A DNA stretch of 64,000 nt from Macrostomum lignano (GCA_002269645.1 NIVC01003472.1:32223-96222); one strand, 5' to 3'. Counted from the first letter of the stretch, positions 35,752 to 49,900 are shown. Numbers and translations: made by a program. Notes: generated by a model from the sequence alone, not told the origin.

Positions 35752-38214
35752 ATGACGGAGGAGCAGCAGCACTTCGAGATAATCCGGCCCTTGGTTACTC
35801 GAGAACAAGCAGTGAAACTGTGCCAAGAGCTCTACAACTTCAACGCCGTTACCTGCAAGGAGTTGGTTAGCTACGACGACAGAAATTTTCTTGTCACTGG
35901 CAACTTCATCGGCAACACCAGCGACAGCGTTGAGACAGCTCAGGAGCCGCACAGCTTCGTACTGAAGATTGCCAACAGTCTTGAGTCGCAGGGCGATATT
36001 CTGGGTGAGTCGCTACTGAATCGTTAGTGAGCGCACAATACTATTTAGTATTCACGTACTTGAAAGAGCGTGTGGAAACTAGGAAGTAGCAGACGGTGAC
36101 AACTAGGGCTGTGAAAGTAAACGCAAGGATACTTACTGCTCATTAACCCAATGATAATATTCCGCCCACCGCAGAGCAGCAGTGCAGACTAATGCAGTCG
36201 CTATCCGAGGCCGGTCTAAAAGTGCAGTCGGTGATGAAAACTGTCTCCGGCACTATTGTTGACAAGAAGTTGCTAACGACGCCGGCTGACTCCAGCGGCC
36301 GGATGGTGGACAGGCGGCACGCTGTGCGGATGCTGACCTACTTGCCAGGTGTGCCGCTAGGCGAGCTGCCTCTGACAGCGGACATGCTGGAGAGCGTGGC
36401 CAAGGAGATCGGCCGAGTTGACTGGCATCTGACGCGTCACTTCCTGACAGATCCCGGAGCCAACGCTGCCGAGCTCAACCTGTGGAGCCTACTGTCGGCG
36501 CCCAAGCTGGTGGACTTTGTCCAATACGTGCACGGCGAGGCGAGGCAGAGGATGGTTCGCGAAATCGTTGCTCAGTTTAACAGCGTAGTTGTCGGAGCGG
36601 CCGGAGCAAAGTCAGAAGCGACAGCTCAGTTCACGAAGGGTTAGTTGCAATTCCTGTATAAAAGCCGTCTCTGACTACTACCATTAAGTTTAACCAAGTA
36701 TATTCCGGAATTTTAAAGTCTTTTGTCAGGGCTGTGAACAGTATTTTTCGTTGCGAAGGTGCTTTGTTACACTTTAGCACCAGGGCTTTAGCACCAGGGA
36801 CTTTAGCACCAGGGGCGCCAGCACGTCCAGGGGCTTTAGCACCAGGGGCTTTAGCACCAGGGCTTTAGCACCAGGGGCTTTAGCACCAGGGGCGCCAGAA
36901 CGTCCAGGGGCGCCAGCACCAGGGGATTTAGCACCAGGGGCTTTAGCACCAGGGACTTTAGCACCAGGGGTGCCAGCACGTCCAGGGGCGCCAGCACCAG
37001 GGACTTTAGCACCAGGGACTTTAGCACCAGGGACTTTAGCACCAGGGGTGCCAGCACGTCCAGGGGCGCCAGCACCAGGGACTTTAGCACCAGGGGCTTT
37101 AGCATCCGGAGCATTAGCACCAGGGGCTTCAGCACCAGGGACTTTAGCACCAGGGGTGCCAGCACGTCCAGGGGCGCCAGCACCAGGGGCTTTAGCATCC
37201 GGAGCTTTAGCACCAGGGGCTTTAGCACCAGGGGCTTTAGCACCAGGGACTTTAGCACCAGGGGTGCCAGCACGTCCAGGGGCTTTAGCACCAGGGGCTT
37301 TAGCACAAGGGGCTTTAGCACCAGGGGCTTTAGCACCAGGGACTTTAGCACCAGGGGTGCCAGCACATCCAGGGGCTTTAGCACCAGGGGCTTTAGCACC
37401 AGGGGCTTTAGCATCCGGAGCTTTAGCACCAGGGGCTTTAGCACCAGGGACTTTAGCACCAGGGGTGCCTGCACGTCCAGGGGCGCCAGCACCAGGGGCT
37501 TTAGCACCAGGGGCTTTAGCACCAGGGACTTTAGCACCAGGGGTGCCAGCACATCCAGGGGCTTTAGCACCAGGGGCTTTAGCACCAGGGGCTTTAGCAC
37601 CAGGGGCTTTAGCACAAGGGGCGCCAGCGCCAGGGGCGCCAGCACATTTATGCATGCATGTATATTGTTTACTGGTGCATAAAACTAAAGTATAAAATAT
37701 TGCGAATCACTGCAACACGATACCGACACACACACGTCTTTCGTATTTTAAAATTACATATTCAGCATTCATTCACGGCGACCCGAACGAGAGCAACATC
37801 CTGGTTGACGGCAATCCGCCAGTGTTCTCCGGCCTACTGGACTGGCAGGACTCGCACAGGGCCTACGCGGTATTCGACCTGGCCCTGCTGATCATGTACA
37901 CCAGCTTTGTCCAGGCCAAGACCGACCCGACCGTGGACCCGTTTCGTCTGGTCGTTCCGCCATTGATTCGAGGCTACACGTCCGAATTTAAACTGGCCGC
38001 GTGTGAGCTGCGTCACCTGCCTCTGCTGGTTGCCACCCGGTTCGCGCAGTCGCTCACACTGGGCGCCTACTCCTACGCCCGAGACCCCGGCAATGACTAC
38101 CTGCTGACCACCGCGTGTAGTTGGAGCACACTCGACCGACTGTGGAACGGGCACAAGAATAGGCTGGAGCAGCTCGGCTGCGAATGGCTGGAAATGTCTC
38201 GGGCTCCTGAATAA
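35752..38214 (+). CDS. HYKK: Hydroxylysine kinase (AGPHD1)-like aminoglycoside-phosphotransferase-fold kinase
   Basis: Exons 35752-36004, 36175-36639, 37766-38214 join in phase. Motifs SYDDRNF, FVLKIAN, VRMLTYLPG, IHGDPNESNILV, LDWQD, FDLAL, RFAQSL. Confidence 0.88.
36775..37648. repeat. 15-bp-based GC-rich minisatellite in HYKK intron 2
   Basis: Unit gcaccaggggcttta with interspersed variants; lies between donor 36640 and acceptor 37765. Confidence 0.95.
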
Positions 38215-38612
38215 TACAAATAGCATATAGAAATCTTCCAATTGATCAGTTTACTAGTGTGTAAAATAAATTTGACACGTTGGAACTCCTTTATTTATTG
38301 GTGGCGGATAAATAAACCCATTTGCCAGCGAAGCTCATCGACTTCCGGTATGTTTCACAGGATGTACAAGCGTATGGCTAAAGAAATTAGGGTGTACGAT
38401 AAGTGCCATAGCTGTGCTCTTTACAGCTGGATACTCGCATGAAGTTTGAAGATACTTGCAAAAATGGCTTCACAAGTTCAGGACTTGGAATCAACGGGGG
38501 GAGAGGGGATTTTCATAGTGGCCGAACTGCTGGTTGTCTCGATCTCGACCATGAAAGGAGCTCAAACTGCACTGCATCCAAAACTGATCCTTCCGACTGC
38601 TGGAGGAGGCTA

Positions 38613-39010
38613 CATCCCTAGAGGACATTCTGTTTCTCAAACTTAGCAGATCTTGTCTCTGTGCCATTCTTAGCAGATCTTCTCAATCTGCTCGGTTCTT
38701 GCAGGATCTTCTAAGAAAGGAGGTAAATTTGTTTTGCCATTCATTTGGCGGAAGTGTTCTAGCTTTATTATTTTTTATTTTATGGCAAAATGGGACAATA
38801 AATTTAATAACATATGCGATTCAAAGCTATAAAAAGATATACATATAAAAGTTAAGATTTTGTACGATGTAGCAAGTCGCCCAGATCTGGTAAGTTTACC
38901 TAAGTATTATCATAGCGAAGATCTTGCACCTTCTTGCAAGTAATTGCGCAGCAACCCAAGAAGATAGATAAGATCTGTTAGAATCAACAAGTCAATGTCT
39001 TCTAGGGATG
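38613..39010. mobile_element. MITE (398 bp) with TA TSD
   Basis: ta|catccctagaggacatt ... aatgtcttctagggatg|ta (16/17 TIR match); repeated internal agatct motifs. Confidence 0.75.
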
Positions 39011-41075
39011 TATTTCCACAGATTTAAAAATCCTCAATGATATGTAGATTTGAAGTCAGGCGACTTCCAGGATATTTAGAAGGCACCTAAAAGGCAGCAA
39101 TCGTTCTCTTATATGCTGTGCCTGTTTTTTAACTTTTATAATTGTTACTCCCAAATTGCTTTGAAGCCTTACTTCAGCGCCAATAACAAGGGCCAGTATT
39201 CACGCTGCAAACTCATGTTTCAGTGAAAAACACTTCTGAAGCCGGCGAGCCAAATCGCCACTTTTGGTAGTTATAGGCAAAATCGGTTGGCGGATTTGCA
39301 ACGGCAAAGCGATGAGTCATGCAACTGCAGAGTCCGTTAGTTGGCTGTGTTTTTGTGGCATTCGTAAGTAGCTGCGCTGATATAGTTGGACCAGTTGAAC
39401 AAAAACTCCAGAATCTCCAACAGAGCGATAATCGACACTCCCACAGAGCTGACCTCATCGGTTGTTGCGGGTTCGCCATTCTTCAGCAGTCCAGATGCCA
39501 TCTGCATAATTGTAAGCAATTATTGTTTGATTTCTTTTTTTCCAGCTATATTTGGCCGTGTAAAAACTGCGGTCTATACAAGTTAACGAGACTAATTAGA
39601 ACTATAATTTATTGTTACCAAAATTGTCTCAACTAGAAATAGTGAAAAATTATAGACTAGAGCGTACAGTAAATGTAAATATTCAATTCAATATTTAATA
39701 TTTATAATTTTTATGCGAGAGGGCTAACCCAAAAGTTAACTTCACTTAGCGATTTTTATGCCAAAAGATAATGACAAGTTTTGGTGCGCTATCATGCTCG
39801 CAAGCTGACCGACAATAATTGACCGCCACCAATTTGACCGCCGCAGTTTTATCGCCAGACAATTGACCGCCACCCTAATTCACCTTGAATATGACGATCT
39901 GACCAGTGGCCGTTTCAAATCCGTGGGTTTAACGGCTTGAAATGAATAGATATCAAGTATAAACCATTTGCTATCCGTTTTCTTATGTGTATCTTCTTAA
40001 ATAGCCTTTGTCTTTCAGTTAATTAGTTTAAAAATAGTCAATTGCGTATATAGTCAGGTAACCGTATTCGTCAAAAAGCATGGTAAGGTAAACCGAATTT
40101 ACTTTAGTTGAGTTGATGAATTAGATGTTGACGATCAATCGGCACTTAATTAAAAGACGCCAACTAAATACGGGTTTGGGTTATTTCTTACGTATTAACA
40201 AATAGTAAAACATTTTTATTTTTTGAATGGTAGAAACTACGACGAATGAATAAATATTGCATGAATAGTTATCTTAGTACTAAAAATTGATCAATAAAAA
40301 AAATTAAAAGACAAAATTGTTTCTAATTTGAAAATGTTTTTACTAATTTTTTGTACAAACTGTAGCATTTAAAGACTAGGAAACAAGGTACTACCTCGAT
40401 TTATGTCGGATCACTGACGTCGGAGCTACCACGTGCTATACGGCATGCACATTGCCGAAAGCAGTTGTATCGTAAACTTGAAAGTGATTTTTTGTTGTTT
40501 TCTTGTGGAAGACAAGTAAATTTTTTAATTAATGGTCAATGGAGTTAGCCCCCCCCCTAAAATAATATAATAATTATATGATATAATAATAGGCCTATAA
40601 TAATAGAGATTCAATGTTGTGGCCATCTTGGTCTTACACCACTAAAACAAGTTCATTGTCATTAGAAAAAACAAAAAGAATAGGCCTAGGTAGGCCTTAG
40701 TTAGGCCCTACTTCACAAGTTCACTACTTGTTAAAAAATGTATCTCTAATCCTAGGCCATAGCCTCATGGAAGTGCCATCTATATAAGAATATTTTTAGC
40801 TGTCACAAAAGTTGTGTGCAATGCATGACCAGCAGTCATGTTTTTTATACAGGGCCCATGAGGTTTTATAATAGGCACTTGTTATTTGCATAACATAGGC
40901 CTAGTAGTATTGTGTAGGCCTAACTATTGTGTAGTATTTATAGCCATTATCTGATTAAATTTGACTACAAATCCATCCTTTTGAAGGCAAATTAGTTGCA
41001 TTCTCATTTATTTCTTTTGAAACACCCTTCATATTTTGCATTAATTATAATTGAGTAATATGAGCTAATAAAAAA

Positions 41076-41536
41076 GGCAGTTGTTATTTGTCCGGTGACC
41101 GGTGACCGGACGAATAACGATGTGGTTATTTGTCTGGTTATTGGATCCTGACCATGCTTTCCTATTCATCCAGTTATTACCGGACAAATAGACATTTTGT
41201 TATTTGTCCGGTTAAATTGATAATGCTAAAATATCTAGTTTATATAAACCACAAGGGTAAATATTCCTAGACTTCAAAGACTTCTTACTCATGTCTTGAA
41301 TATTATATTGTTATACTAGTGTGTGTCTTATAGGGCCTACACCAAATTATGCCAAAATGAATACACTGCTTTGCTTACACTCAAATAATACAAGAAAATA
41401 TTAATCAGTATACGAGAAAAAGTCTTAAAAGTCTAGAATATTTATCACGAAACAAATAAGATATTTGTGTTAGCAATTTAACCGGACAAATAGCAAAAAG
41501 GCTATTCGTCTGGTCACTGGACAAATAACAACTGCC
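41076..41536. mobile_element. Mutator (MULE)-type MITE (461 bp) with 9-bp TSD
   Basis: Long TIRs starting ggcagttgttatttgtcc; identical flanking aataaaaaa on both sides. Confidence 0.85.
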
Positions 41537-41783
41537 AATAAAAAATGCTAAGCTATAAACACAAATCATGTCTAAATTCTATTTATCAGCTTTAGTTAGT
41601 TTAAACTCATTATGAAAATAAAAGATACAGGGACAAATATTGAGTCCTTGATAGGACATGCATGCACAACCTCCAAAATTCGGTTGGCCATGCGACTTTG
41701 TTTTAACAAAAATGCGACATAGTTTTCGGCCAAAAATGTAACTTACATGTAAAAAAACCCTAATGCAAAATTAACACAACTTT

Positions 41784-41856
41784 GGGTAAACGGCAGGAGT
41801 AACTATGACTGTCTTATTAAGTCAAAATGCCTCAGCTACAATTATAAGTCATGCAT
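41784..41856 (+). other. 28S rRNA-derived fragment (not a functional rRNA gene)
   Basis: gggtaaacggcaggagtaactatgactgtctt matches the recalled eukaryotic LSU GGGTAAACGGCGGGAGTAACTATGACTCTCTT at 30/32; weaker match continues (aaatgcctc...gcatga). Confidence 0.75.
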
Positions 41857-42184
41857 GATTTTACTTATAAATATTTGTTTAACAACAAATAAATTAACTT
41901 TTCAATACATAGTATTATTTTATCATCTAGAATAATTTTTAAATTGTTTATTTTAATTTTATTTAAGTCACACATCTACTTTCTATTAGTTGATAAAATT
42001 ATGAAATGAATATTTGTTAAAAAGTTTTTCAAGATTAATGTTTTTGAAAAAATTAAAGCTACTATAGATGCCAAATTTAATTTAGTTTTAAATATTATCT
42101 ATGTATGTATTGAGCTGTTAGAAAAGTTTTGTCTTTTTGGCAATAATAAGTTGGAGTGAATTTTTATAGGAATGTGGCAGTGTT

Positions 42185-43400
42185 ACTCAGTACAAAATAT
42201 TTGCCATCAAAATTGATAACCCTTTGCCAACAAGAGGGTAGACTTCGGATACCAACTCTGTAGAAGTCCTTAGGCTATGATGCAGAAAGTTAGTGATGTA
42301 GTCCTTGACCCCTTTGTTATCTTCAAAAGTTTTTTCCTTCAAATGATAGTGCAGTGCTCAAAATATTTAGTAGTCTATAGGGGCCAGATTAGGGCTATAT
42401 AGTAGGTAGGGCAGCACTTCCCAGCCTAGATCTAGCAGCTTTTGCCAGGTCAAATTAGTAGTATGCGGCCATGTGTTATTGTGCCCTAATAGAATGTTGC
42501 GATGTGGTACAGTTTTTGAGTAAATGGCAAGAGTAACTATGACTGTCTTATTAAGGCTAAATGTCTTAAGGCTGTATTCAGGGCAAAAGTTAACATGTTC
42601 TGTGTTATGTCACATTTTTGAGCTACAATTTTAGACCCCATGTCACATTTCTGGAAGTTTTCTACACTTATTCCAGTAGGGTTATCTTGAGAGAAGCAAA
42701 TATGCTGACACCATGGATGCTGTATGTGGAGGCAGTTGGCCACATTCTGCAGCTGGTAAAAATAGAATTATGCTGGTGTTGGGTGGCAGCAGCTCAAAGT
42801 ACACAACTCCTTCACTGTCCCACCACTAGCACAGCATCACCTGCTTAGGGTGCAGTGGGGCCTTCGGCTCTGGCTGGGGCAGCTTGCTCGCATTGACCCA
42901 CTGGCACTTGCAGTGTATATATTAATGTATAGCACCCACTTCTTATCACCAGTGGGTATGGAGGTCAGCCAGTCAGTTGTTCTCTTGTACGAGAGCAGTG
43001 AGGTGCTCAGATTTGCTGGTCCCTGTCAGTCAGGTCATGGGGGTCCATTGTCCAAGCTTGCATTTCTTGCCCATAGTAGCCAGGTGTTCAGCAACTTGCA
43101 CATGGGAGCACCCGAGAGTGGCTACCAGCTCTTGTGTAGTCTGGTGTGTTCGCAGCAGCTCAGTGTCTATCTTGGATGGGCATCCAAGTCCAGGTTTGTC
43201 AGCAAGGCTGTAGTTGCTGCTGCAAAAGCGATCGAACCAACGACGGGCTGTATGGTCAGAGACAGCATTCTGGCCAAATGTAGGGCACAGGCGTTGAGTT
43301 GATTCGACTGCTGCTGTAGTTCCTGCTAGTTCCTGTGTCAGCTGGGTGTTAGCTGTTAAGCATATAAGCTAGCAAATCTAGGCCTATAGTAGAGTAACAA
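42185..43400 (-). mobile_element. Decayed mariner transposase fossil, interrupted by a MITE
   Basis: Minus-strand remnants: ARRWFDRF, TGDKKWVLY, KQVMLC*WWDSEGVVYFELLP, HNNTWPHT, LGWEVLPYLLYSPNLAPIDY, WQRVINFDGKYF; many stops and frameshifts. Confidence 0.8.
42484..42681. mobile_element. ~200-bp piggyBac-like MITE carrying a second 28S-derived fragment (42518-42566)
   Basis: Ends ccctaatagaat / attccagtaggg (10/12 inverted match); splits the mariner reading frame just before its HDN-equivalent motif. Confidence 0.55.
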
Positions 43401-43973
43401 GTCTAGTTTTAATTGTATTTTAATGTGAATTGATTTTTTACAACTATAGTCACTAGGGCCTACTTTTTTTCTACCTTAGATTACATACCTATTATTCTTC
43501 TATAAAAACATCTTGCACTAGCATACTTCCCTTATATGCACCTTACATCTATTTATATATACCTTGATATCCTCTCCCCCTGTGTATACTTTGCACCTCT
43601 ATATTATTTTCCTTATTATTATGCCCTCCCTATAGTACTCCCTACACCATCTACAAAAATGGCCATTGACTGCAATAGAATTGGACCTAAAAGTTCTATA
43701 TGCTAAGTATATGTTAAGATTCTCAAAGAGAGGCTAAAATATAGGCTGAAATTTTTTGTATCAAGGCTACCAAAAGGATAGGCTTAGCCTAATTGGCTAA
43801 TCAAGATAGATTTAAATGACTAGGGATCTAGATTTTGATTGTCTAATAAAAAAGTGCTAGGGATGGTTATAGTTTTAGATTTAGATTTAGGTCATTAGAA
43901 GTTTATTCTATAATGTATAAGAAGGCCAGGCATCAAAACAATTAGCATATTGCCCAATATTTCAGCCAGTGGC

Positions 43974-46900
43974 ATGACCAACGCTGATCCAATTAACGGC
44001 TCGGGCTCTCCGGCCACAACCGCAGCATCGGCCACTGCAGCAGCAGCTGCCGCCGTCTCCGCCATCAAGCCAGACCCGGATGGCTGTAGTAGCAGCGACG
44101 ACGATGTTCCGCTGTCGAAGAAGTTCAGCTCCGTTGTCTCGCAGAAGAAGCAGAATGGCGGCAAGCGAGCCAACAGTGGCGAAGACTCGTCACCGTCTCC
44201 TGCCAGTAAGAAGCCGAAGACTGAGCCGACCACTCCGACTGCTCAGAGTCCTATTAAAACGCCAAAGAAAGAGCCGACATCGCAGAAGAAGAAAGTCAAA
44301 ACAGAGGCCGACCAAAAGAGGCCAGCTACGGCTAAAAAAGAGGACAAGAAAAAAGTGAAAGCCGAGTCTGACAGCAAGCGCAGGAAATCTGAGCCAGTTG
44401 CTAAGCCGAAACGGGAGCGCAAAACTGCGGAACCAGCCCCCGAAGTTTGGCGCTGGTGGGAGGAAGAGAAGCCAACAGACGGCAGCAAGTGGCGCTTTCT
44501 CGAGCACAAAGGTCCGGTGTTCGCGCCCGACTACGAGCCTCTGCCTAAGAATGTGAAATTCTATTACGACGGAGAGCAAATGGTGCTCACTCCGGAGGCT
44601 GAAGAGGTGGCCGGCTTCTATGCTAGAATGTTGGATCACGACTATACTAGCAAGGAGTCATTCAATAATAACTTCTTTCAGGTTAGTTTTTGGTCTTTTC
44701 TAGTATGGTTTGCCCGTGTTCTCACTTGGTGTGCTACTCCCTTGGTTCATGGACCTCTGGATGTCTTTTCTTTGTTCATGGACTTCTGGGTGTCTTTTCT
44801 TTGTTCATGGACTTCTGGGTGTCTTTTCTTTGTTCATGGACTTCTGGGTGTCTTTTCTTTGTTCATGAACTTCTTGGTGTCTTCTTTGTTGGCGGAAGTC
44901 TGTTTCTTTTTTTCATGGACTTCTGGGTGTCTTTGTTCATGGACTTCTGGGTGTCTTTTCTTTGTTCATGGACTTCTTGGTGTCTTTTCTTTGTTCATGG
45001 ACCTCTGGGTGTCTTTTATTTGTTCATTGACTTCTTGGTGTCTTCTTTGTTGGCGGGTGTCTGTGTGTCTTTCCTTTGTTCATGGACTTCTGTGTGTCTC
45101 TTTTTCTTCATGGACTTTTGGGTGTCTCTTGTTCATGGACTTCTTGTTGTCTTTGTTGGCGAAAGTCTGTTTTTCCTTTGTTCATGGACTTCTGTGTGTC
45201 TTTTGTTCATGGAATTCTGTGTATCTCTTTTGTTCATGGACTTCTGTGTGTCTCTTTTGTTCATGGACTTCTGTGTGTCTCTTTTGTTCATGGACTTCTG
45301 TGTGTCTTTTGTTCATGGAATTCTGTGTGTCTCTTTTGTTCATGGACTTCTGTGTGTCTCTTTTGTTCACGGACTTCTTGGTGTCTTCTTTGTTGGCGGA
45401 AGTCTGTTTTTCCTTTTATTGGTGGACTTCTTGGTGTCTTTCTTTTGTTCATGGACTTCTAGGCGTCTTGCTTTGATGTTTCATAGACTTCTATGTCTAG
45501 GCGTCTTTCATTTGTTCATGGACCACTGGATGTCTTTTCTGGATTTGTTCATAAGCCTCTAGGGTAGTTCATTCTTTTGCCATGGACCTCTAGTCTTATA
45601 ATTTCAGTTCTTGGATTTTGAGCCGTGTAAATCCCTTTGGTATTTGGACTTATTTAATAAGCATTTCTTTGGCAAATTGTATTATAATAGAGTAATTTCT
45701 CATATTTAAGATAAATATGACATAATTAGTAATACTTTAAGCCTACTGTCGTTCGCACCTTCCCCACCCGCAGGACTGGCGCAGCGTGATGTCGCATGCC
45801 GAGCAGAAGCGCATTAAATCTCTGGCCAAGTGCAATTTCACCGAAATTCACGAGTTTTACAAGCGTCAAGCTGAGGAGAGAAAGAATCGAACTAAGGAGG
45901 AGAAGCAGAAGCTCAAAGAGACAAACGAGAGAGTGACGCAGGTTTGTTATGCTGCAATGTTTGTTTAAATTACATAGTAATTAAATTAGATAGTAGAGAT
46001 ACCACTCTACGCCCCGGGGTCGTTAGAGTCGAAGACAATCAAACGCCTCAAATTGACTCTCAGACGACCTGCAACCACTCGGGGTGGCCTGAGGTTGGCC
46101 CTCGTGTGTTTGAATCGCAGGACCTCGGTCATGAGAGAACAATTGGAAGTGTTTTACTTTTTTCCAATTTTTGGAGTAAATTTGTTGGCAGACAAGAGCA
46201 GGGTATTAACTGCATTCCGGATGAGAAAATATGCAGAAATGATTTAGCTGAAACTTTTCCCAACAAATGTTCAATGGTTATTCGCTGTGAAGAATTTACT
46301 TTTAAGCGACTGCGACTTTTTGGCGTGGGTGTTGCTGAGAGCAGAGGCAGAGTCAGCAGGTACCGAAAGCGTAAGGTCCCAAAGAAAAGCCAAAGCTTTA
46401 TTGCTGCTTATACTAGTTAATATGAGTATTAATGTGAGTTGCTGTATCTTCCTATATACTAAAAATGAGTTGTCTGTATGTATGTGGGTAGGTATGCGAT
46501 AGATTTCAGAAAAAATGGCTCAACCGATTTTCTTCAAACTTGCACCATTCGATCAGAAATTTTCCTGGGACGGTACATGCATCTTGGCTAAAAAATTGCT
46601 CAATATTAAAGGGATTAAATATTCGAAAAACAGGCTTTTTTGCAAAGGTCAAGCGGCTCTTTCGATCTGAAATGCATTGTAAGAATGCTAGAGAAAAAAC
46701 TGACTGACTGAATTTCAATTCTGATAAAGATTGCATCACAACAAGTTGAAAACAGTGCCAAAGAAATGCACACACAACTTGATTGAAATTGCGTAACAAT
46801 ATTGCTAACTTAAATTGACACTGATACTGGCTGACTAAGAAATTGATTATGTCATAACTTTTTACTCTAACCGATTTGCTATAAGAATTAAATTATAAGG

Positions 46901-49900
46901 GCCACAATTCAAGACAAGAGATAGCATAGATGCGAACAGACTGGACTGCTAATGCTGCGACCTGGGTTCGAATGTTAGTAGTGCAAAAAGATTTTTTTAT
47001 TCAAAAATCTTAAAAACACAAAATGCTAAACACAAAAAAGCACAATGTCAAACATTAAAGAGCCACCATGTCAAACATTAAAGAGCCACCATGTCGACCA
47101 TTAAAGAGCCACCATGTCGACCATTAAAGAGCCACCATGTCGAACATTAAAGAGCTAACCATGTCGAACATTAAAGAGCCACCATGTCGACCATTAAAGA
47201 GCCACCATGTCGAACATTAAAGAGCCACCATGTCCAACATATACATGACTCCATGTTGAACATTCAAGAGCTACCATGTCAAACATATACATGACGCCAT
47301 GTCGAACATAAAAGAGCCACCATGTCGAACATTAAAAAGCCACCATGTCAAACATTAAAGAGCCACCATTTCAACCCTAAAAGAGCCACCATGTCGAACA
47401 TTAAAGAGCCACCATGTCAAACATTAAAGAGCAACCAGGTCAAACATATACATGACTCCATGTCGAACATTGAAGAGCCACCATGTCGAACATTAAAGGG
47501 CCACCATGTCAAATATTAAAGGGCCACCATGTCAAATATTAAAGAGCCACCATGTCAAACATTAAAGAGCCACCAGGTCAAACATGAAAGTGCCACCATG
47601 TCTAACATTAAAGAGCCACCATGGCAGACATATACATGACTCTATGTCGAACATTCAAGAGCTACCATGTCAAACATATACATGACTCCATGTCAAACAT
47701 TAAAGAGACACTATGTCAAACATTAAAGAGCCACCAGGTCAAACATGAAAGTGCCACCATGTAACACATTAAAGAGCCACCATGTCGAACATTTAAGAAC
47801 CACCATGTCAAACATAAAATAGCCACCATGTGAAACATATACGTGACTTCATGTAAAACATTAAAGAGCTACCATATCAGACATATACATGACTCCATGT
47901 CAAACATATACGTGACTCCATGTTAGACATTAAAGAGCCACCATGTCGAACATTAAAGAGCCAACATGTTAAAAATACAAGAGCCACCATGTCAAACATA
48001 TACATGACTCCATGTCAAACATTGAAAAGACACCATGTCGAACATAAAAGAGCCACCATGCAAAACATTAAAGAGACACTATGTCTAACATTAAAGAGCC
48101 ACCATGTCGAACATTTAAGAGCCACCATGTCAAACATATACATGACTCCATGTTGAACATTCAAGAGCTACCATGTCAAACATATACATGACTCCATGTT
48201 GAACATTCAAGAGCTACCATGTCAAACATATACATGACGCCATGTCGAACATAAAAGAGCCACCATGTAAAACATATACGTGACTCCATGTCAAACATTG
48301 AAGAGCCACCATGTCGAACATAAAAGGGCCACCATGTCAAATATTAAAGAGCCACCATGTCAAACATTAAAGAGCCACCAGGTCAAACATGAAAGTGCCA
48401 CCATGTAAAACATTAAAGAGCCACCATGTCGAACATTTAAGAACCACCATGTCAAACATAAAATACCCAACATGTGAAACATATACGTGACTCCATGTAA
48501 AACATTAAAGAGCTACCATATCAGGCATATGCATGACTCCATGTCAAACATATACGTGACTCCATGTTAGACAATTAAGAGCCACCATTTCGAAAATTAA
48601 AGAGTCAACATGTTAAAAATACAAGAGCATCCATGTCAAACATATACATGACGCCATGTCAAACATTGAAGAGACACCATGTCGAACATAAAAGAGCCAC
48701 CATGCAAAACATAAAAGAGCCACCATGTCTAACATTAAAGAGCCACCATGTCAAACATATACATGACTCCATGTCAAACAGTAAAGAGACACTATGTCAA
48801 ACATTAAAGAGCCACCATGTCGAACATTTAAGAGGCACCATGTCAAACATATACATGACTCCATGTTGAACATTCAAGAGCTAACATGTCAAACATATAC
48901 ATGACGCCATGTCGAACATTAAAGAGCCACCATGTCAAACATTATAGAGCCACTATGTCGAACATTTAAGAGCCACCATGTCAAACATATACATGACTCC
49001 ATGTTGAACATTAAAGAGCCACCATGTCGAACATTTAAGAGCTACCATGTGAAACATATACATGACTCCATGTCGAACATTACAGAGCCACCATGTCAAA
49101 GATAAAAGAGCCACCATGTCAAACATAAAAGAGCCACCATGTCAAATATTAAAGAGCCACCAGGTCAAACATGAAAGTGCCACCATGTAAAACATTAAAG
49201 AGCCACCATGTCAAACATATACGTAACTCCATGTCAAACATTGAAGAGACCCCATGTCAAACATTAAAGAGCCACCATGTCGAACATAAAAGAGTCACCA
49301 TGTAAAACATATACGTAACTCCATGTCGAACATTGAAGCGACACCATGTCGAACATAAAAGAGCTACCATGTCAAACATTAAAGAGCCACCATGTCAAAC
49401 ATATAAGTGACTTTATGTCGAACATTAAAGAGCCACCATGTCTAACATTAAAAAGCCACCATGTCCAACATTAAAGAGCCACCATGTCAAAAAGTAAAGA
49501 GCCACCATGTCTAACATTTAAGAGCCATCATGTCAAACATTAAAGAGCTACTTTGTCTAACATTAAAGAGCCACCATGTCAAACATTAAAGAGCCACCAT
49601 GTCAAACATTAAAGAGCCACCATGTCAAACATAAAAGAGCCAACTTTTTGAACATTAAAGAGCCACCATGTCAAACATAATAGAGCCACCATGTCAAACA
49701 TAATAGAGCCACCATGTCAAACATTAAAAAGCCACTTTGTCAAACATAGAAGAGCTCCCATGTCAAACATAGAAGAGCCCCCATGTCAAACATAGAAGAG
49801 CCCCCATGTCAAACATAGAAGAGCCACCATGTCAGACATTGAAAAGCCACCGTATCAAACATAAAAGAGTTACCATGTACGAGCGTAGAACAAAAAAGAG

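Noticed and set aside
36774-37695. Collagen/elastin-like PGAKA and LAPG ORFs on both strands
   Set aside because: Products of a stop-free 15-bp repeat inside HYKK intron 2. The kinase exons splice in phase around it.
39213-39519. Possible decayed MULE transposase fragment (TNGLCSCMTHRFAVANPPT)
   Set aside because: Resemblance to the TNN..E..H motif is too weak, with no other supporting motif.
41784-41856. Functional rRNA gene
   Set aside because: Only ~70 bp, degraded and surrounded by TE-like DNA. Kept only as an rRNA-derived fragment.
42850-43302. 150-aa plus-strand ORF
   Set aside because: Antisense shadow of the decayed mariner transposase.
44682-45562. Long hydrophobic C-terminal extension of ORF 43950-45476 and overlapping ORFs
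   Set aside because: Read-through into TOP1 intron 1 minisatellite. TOP1 homology stops at donor 44681 and resumes at 45774.
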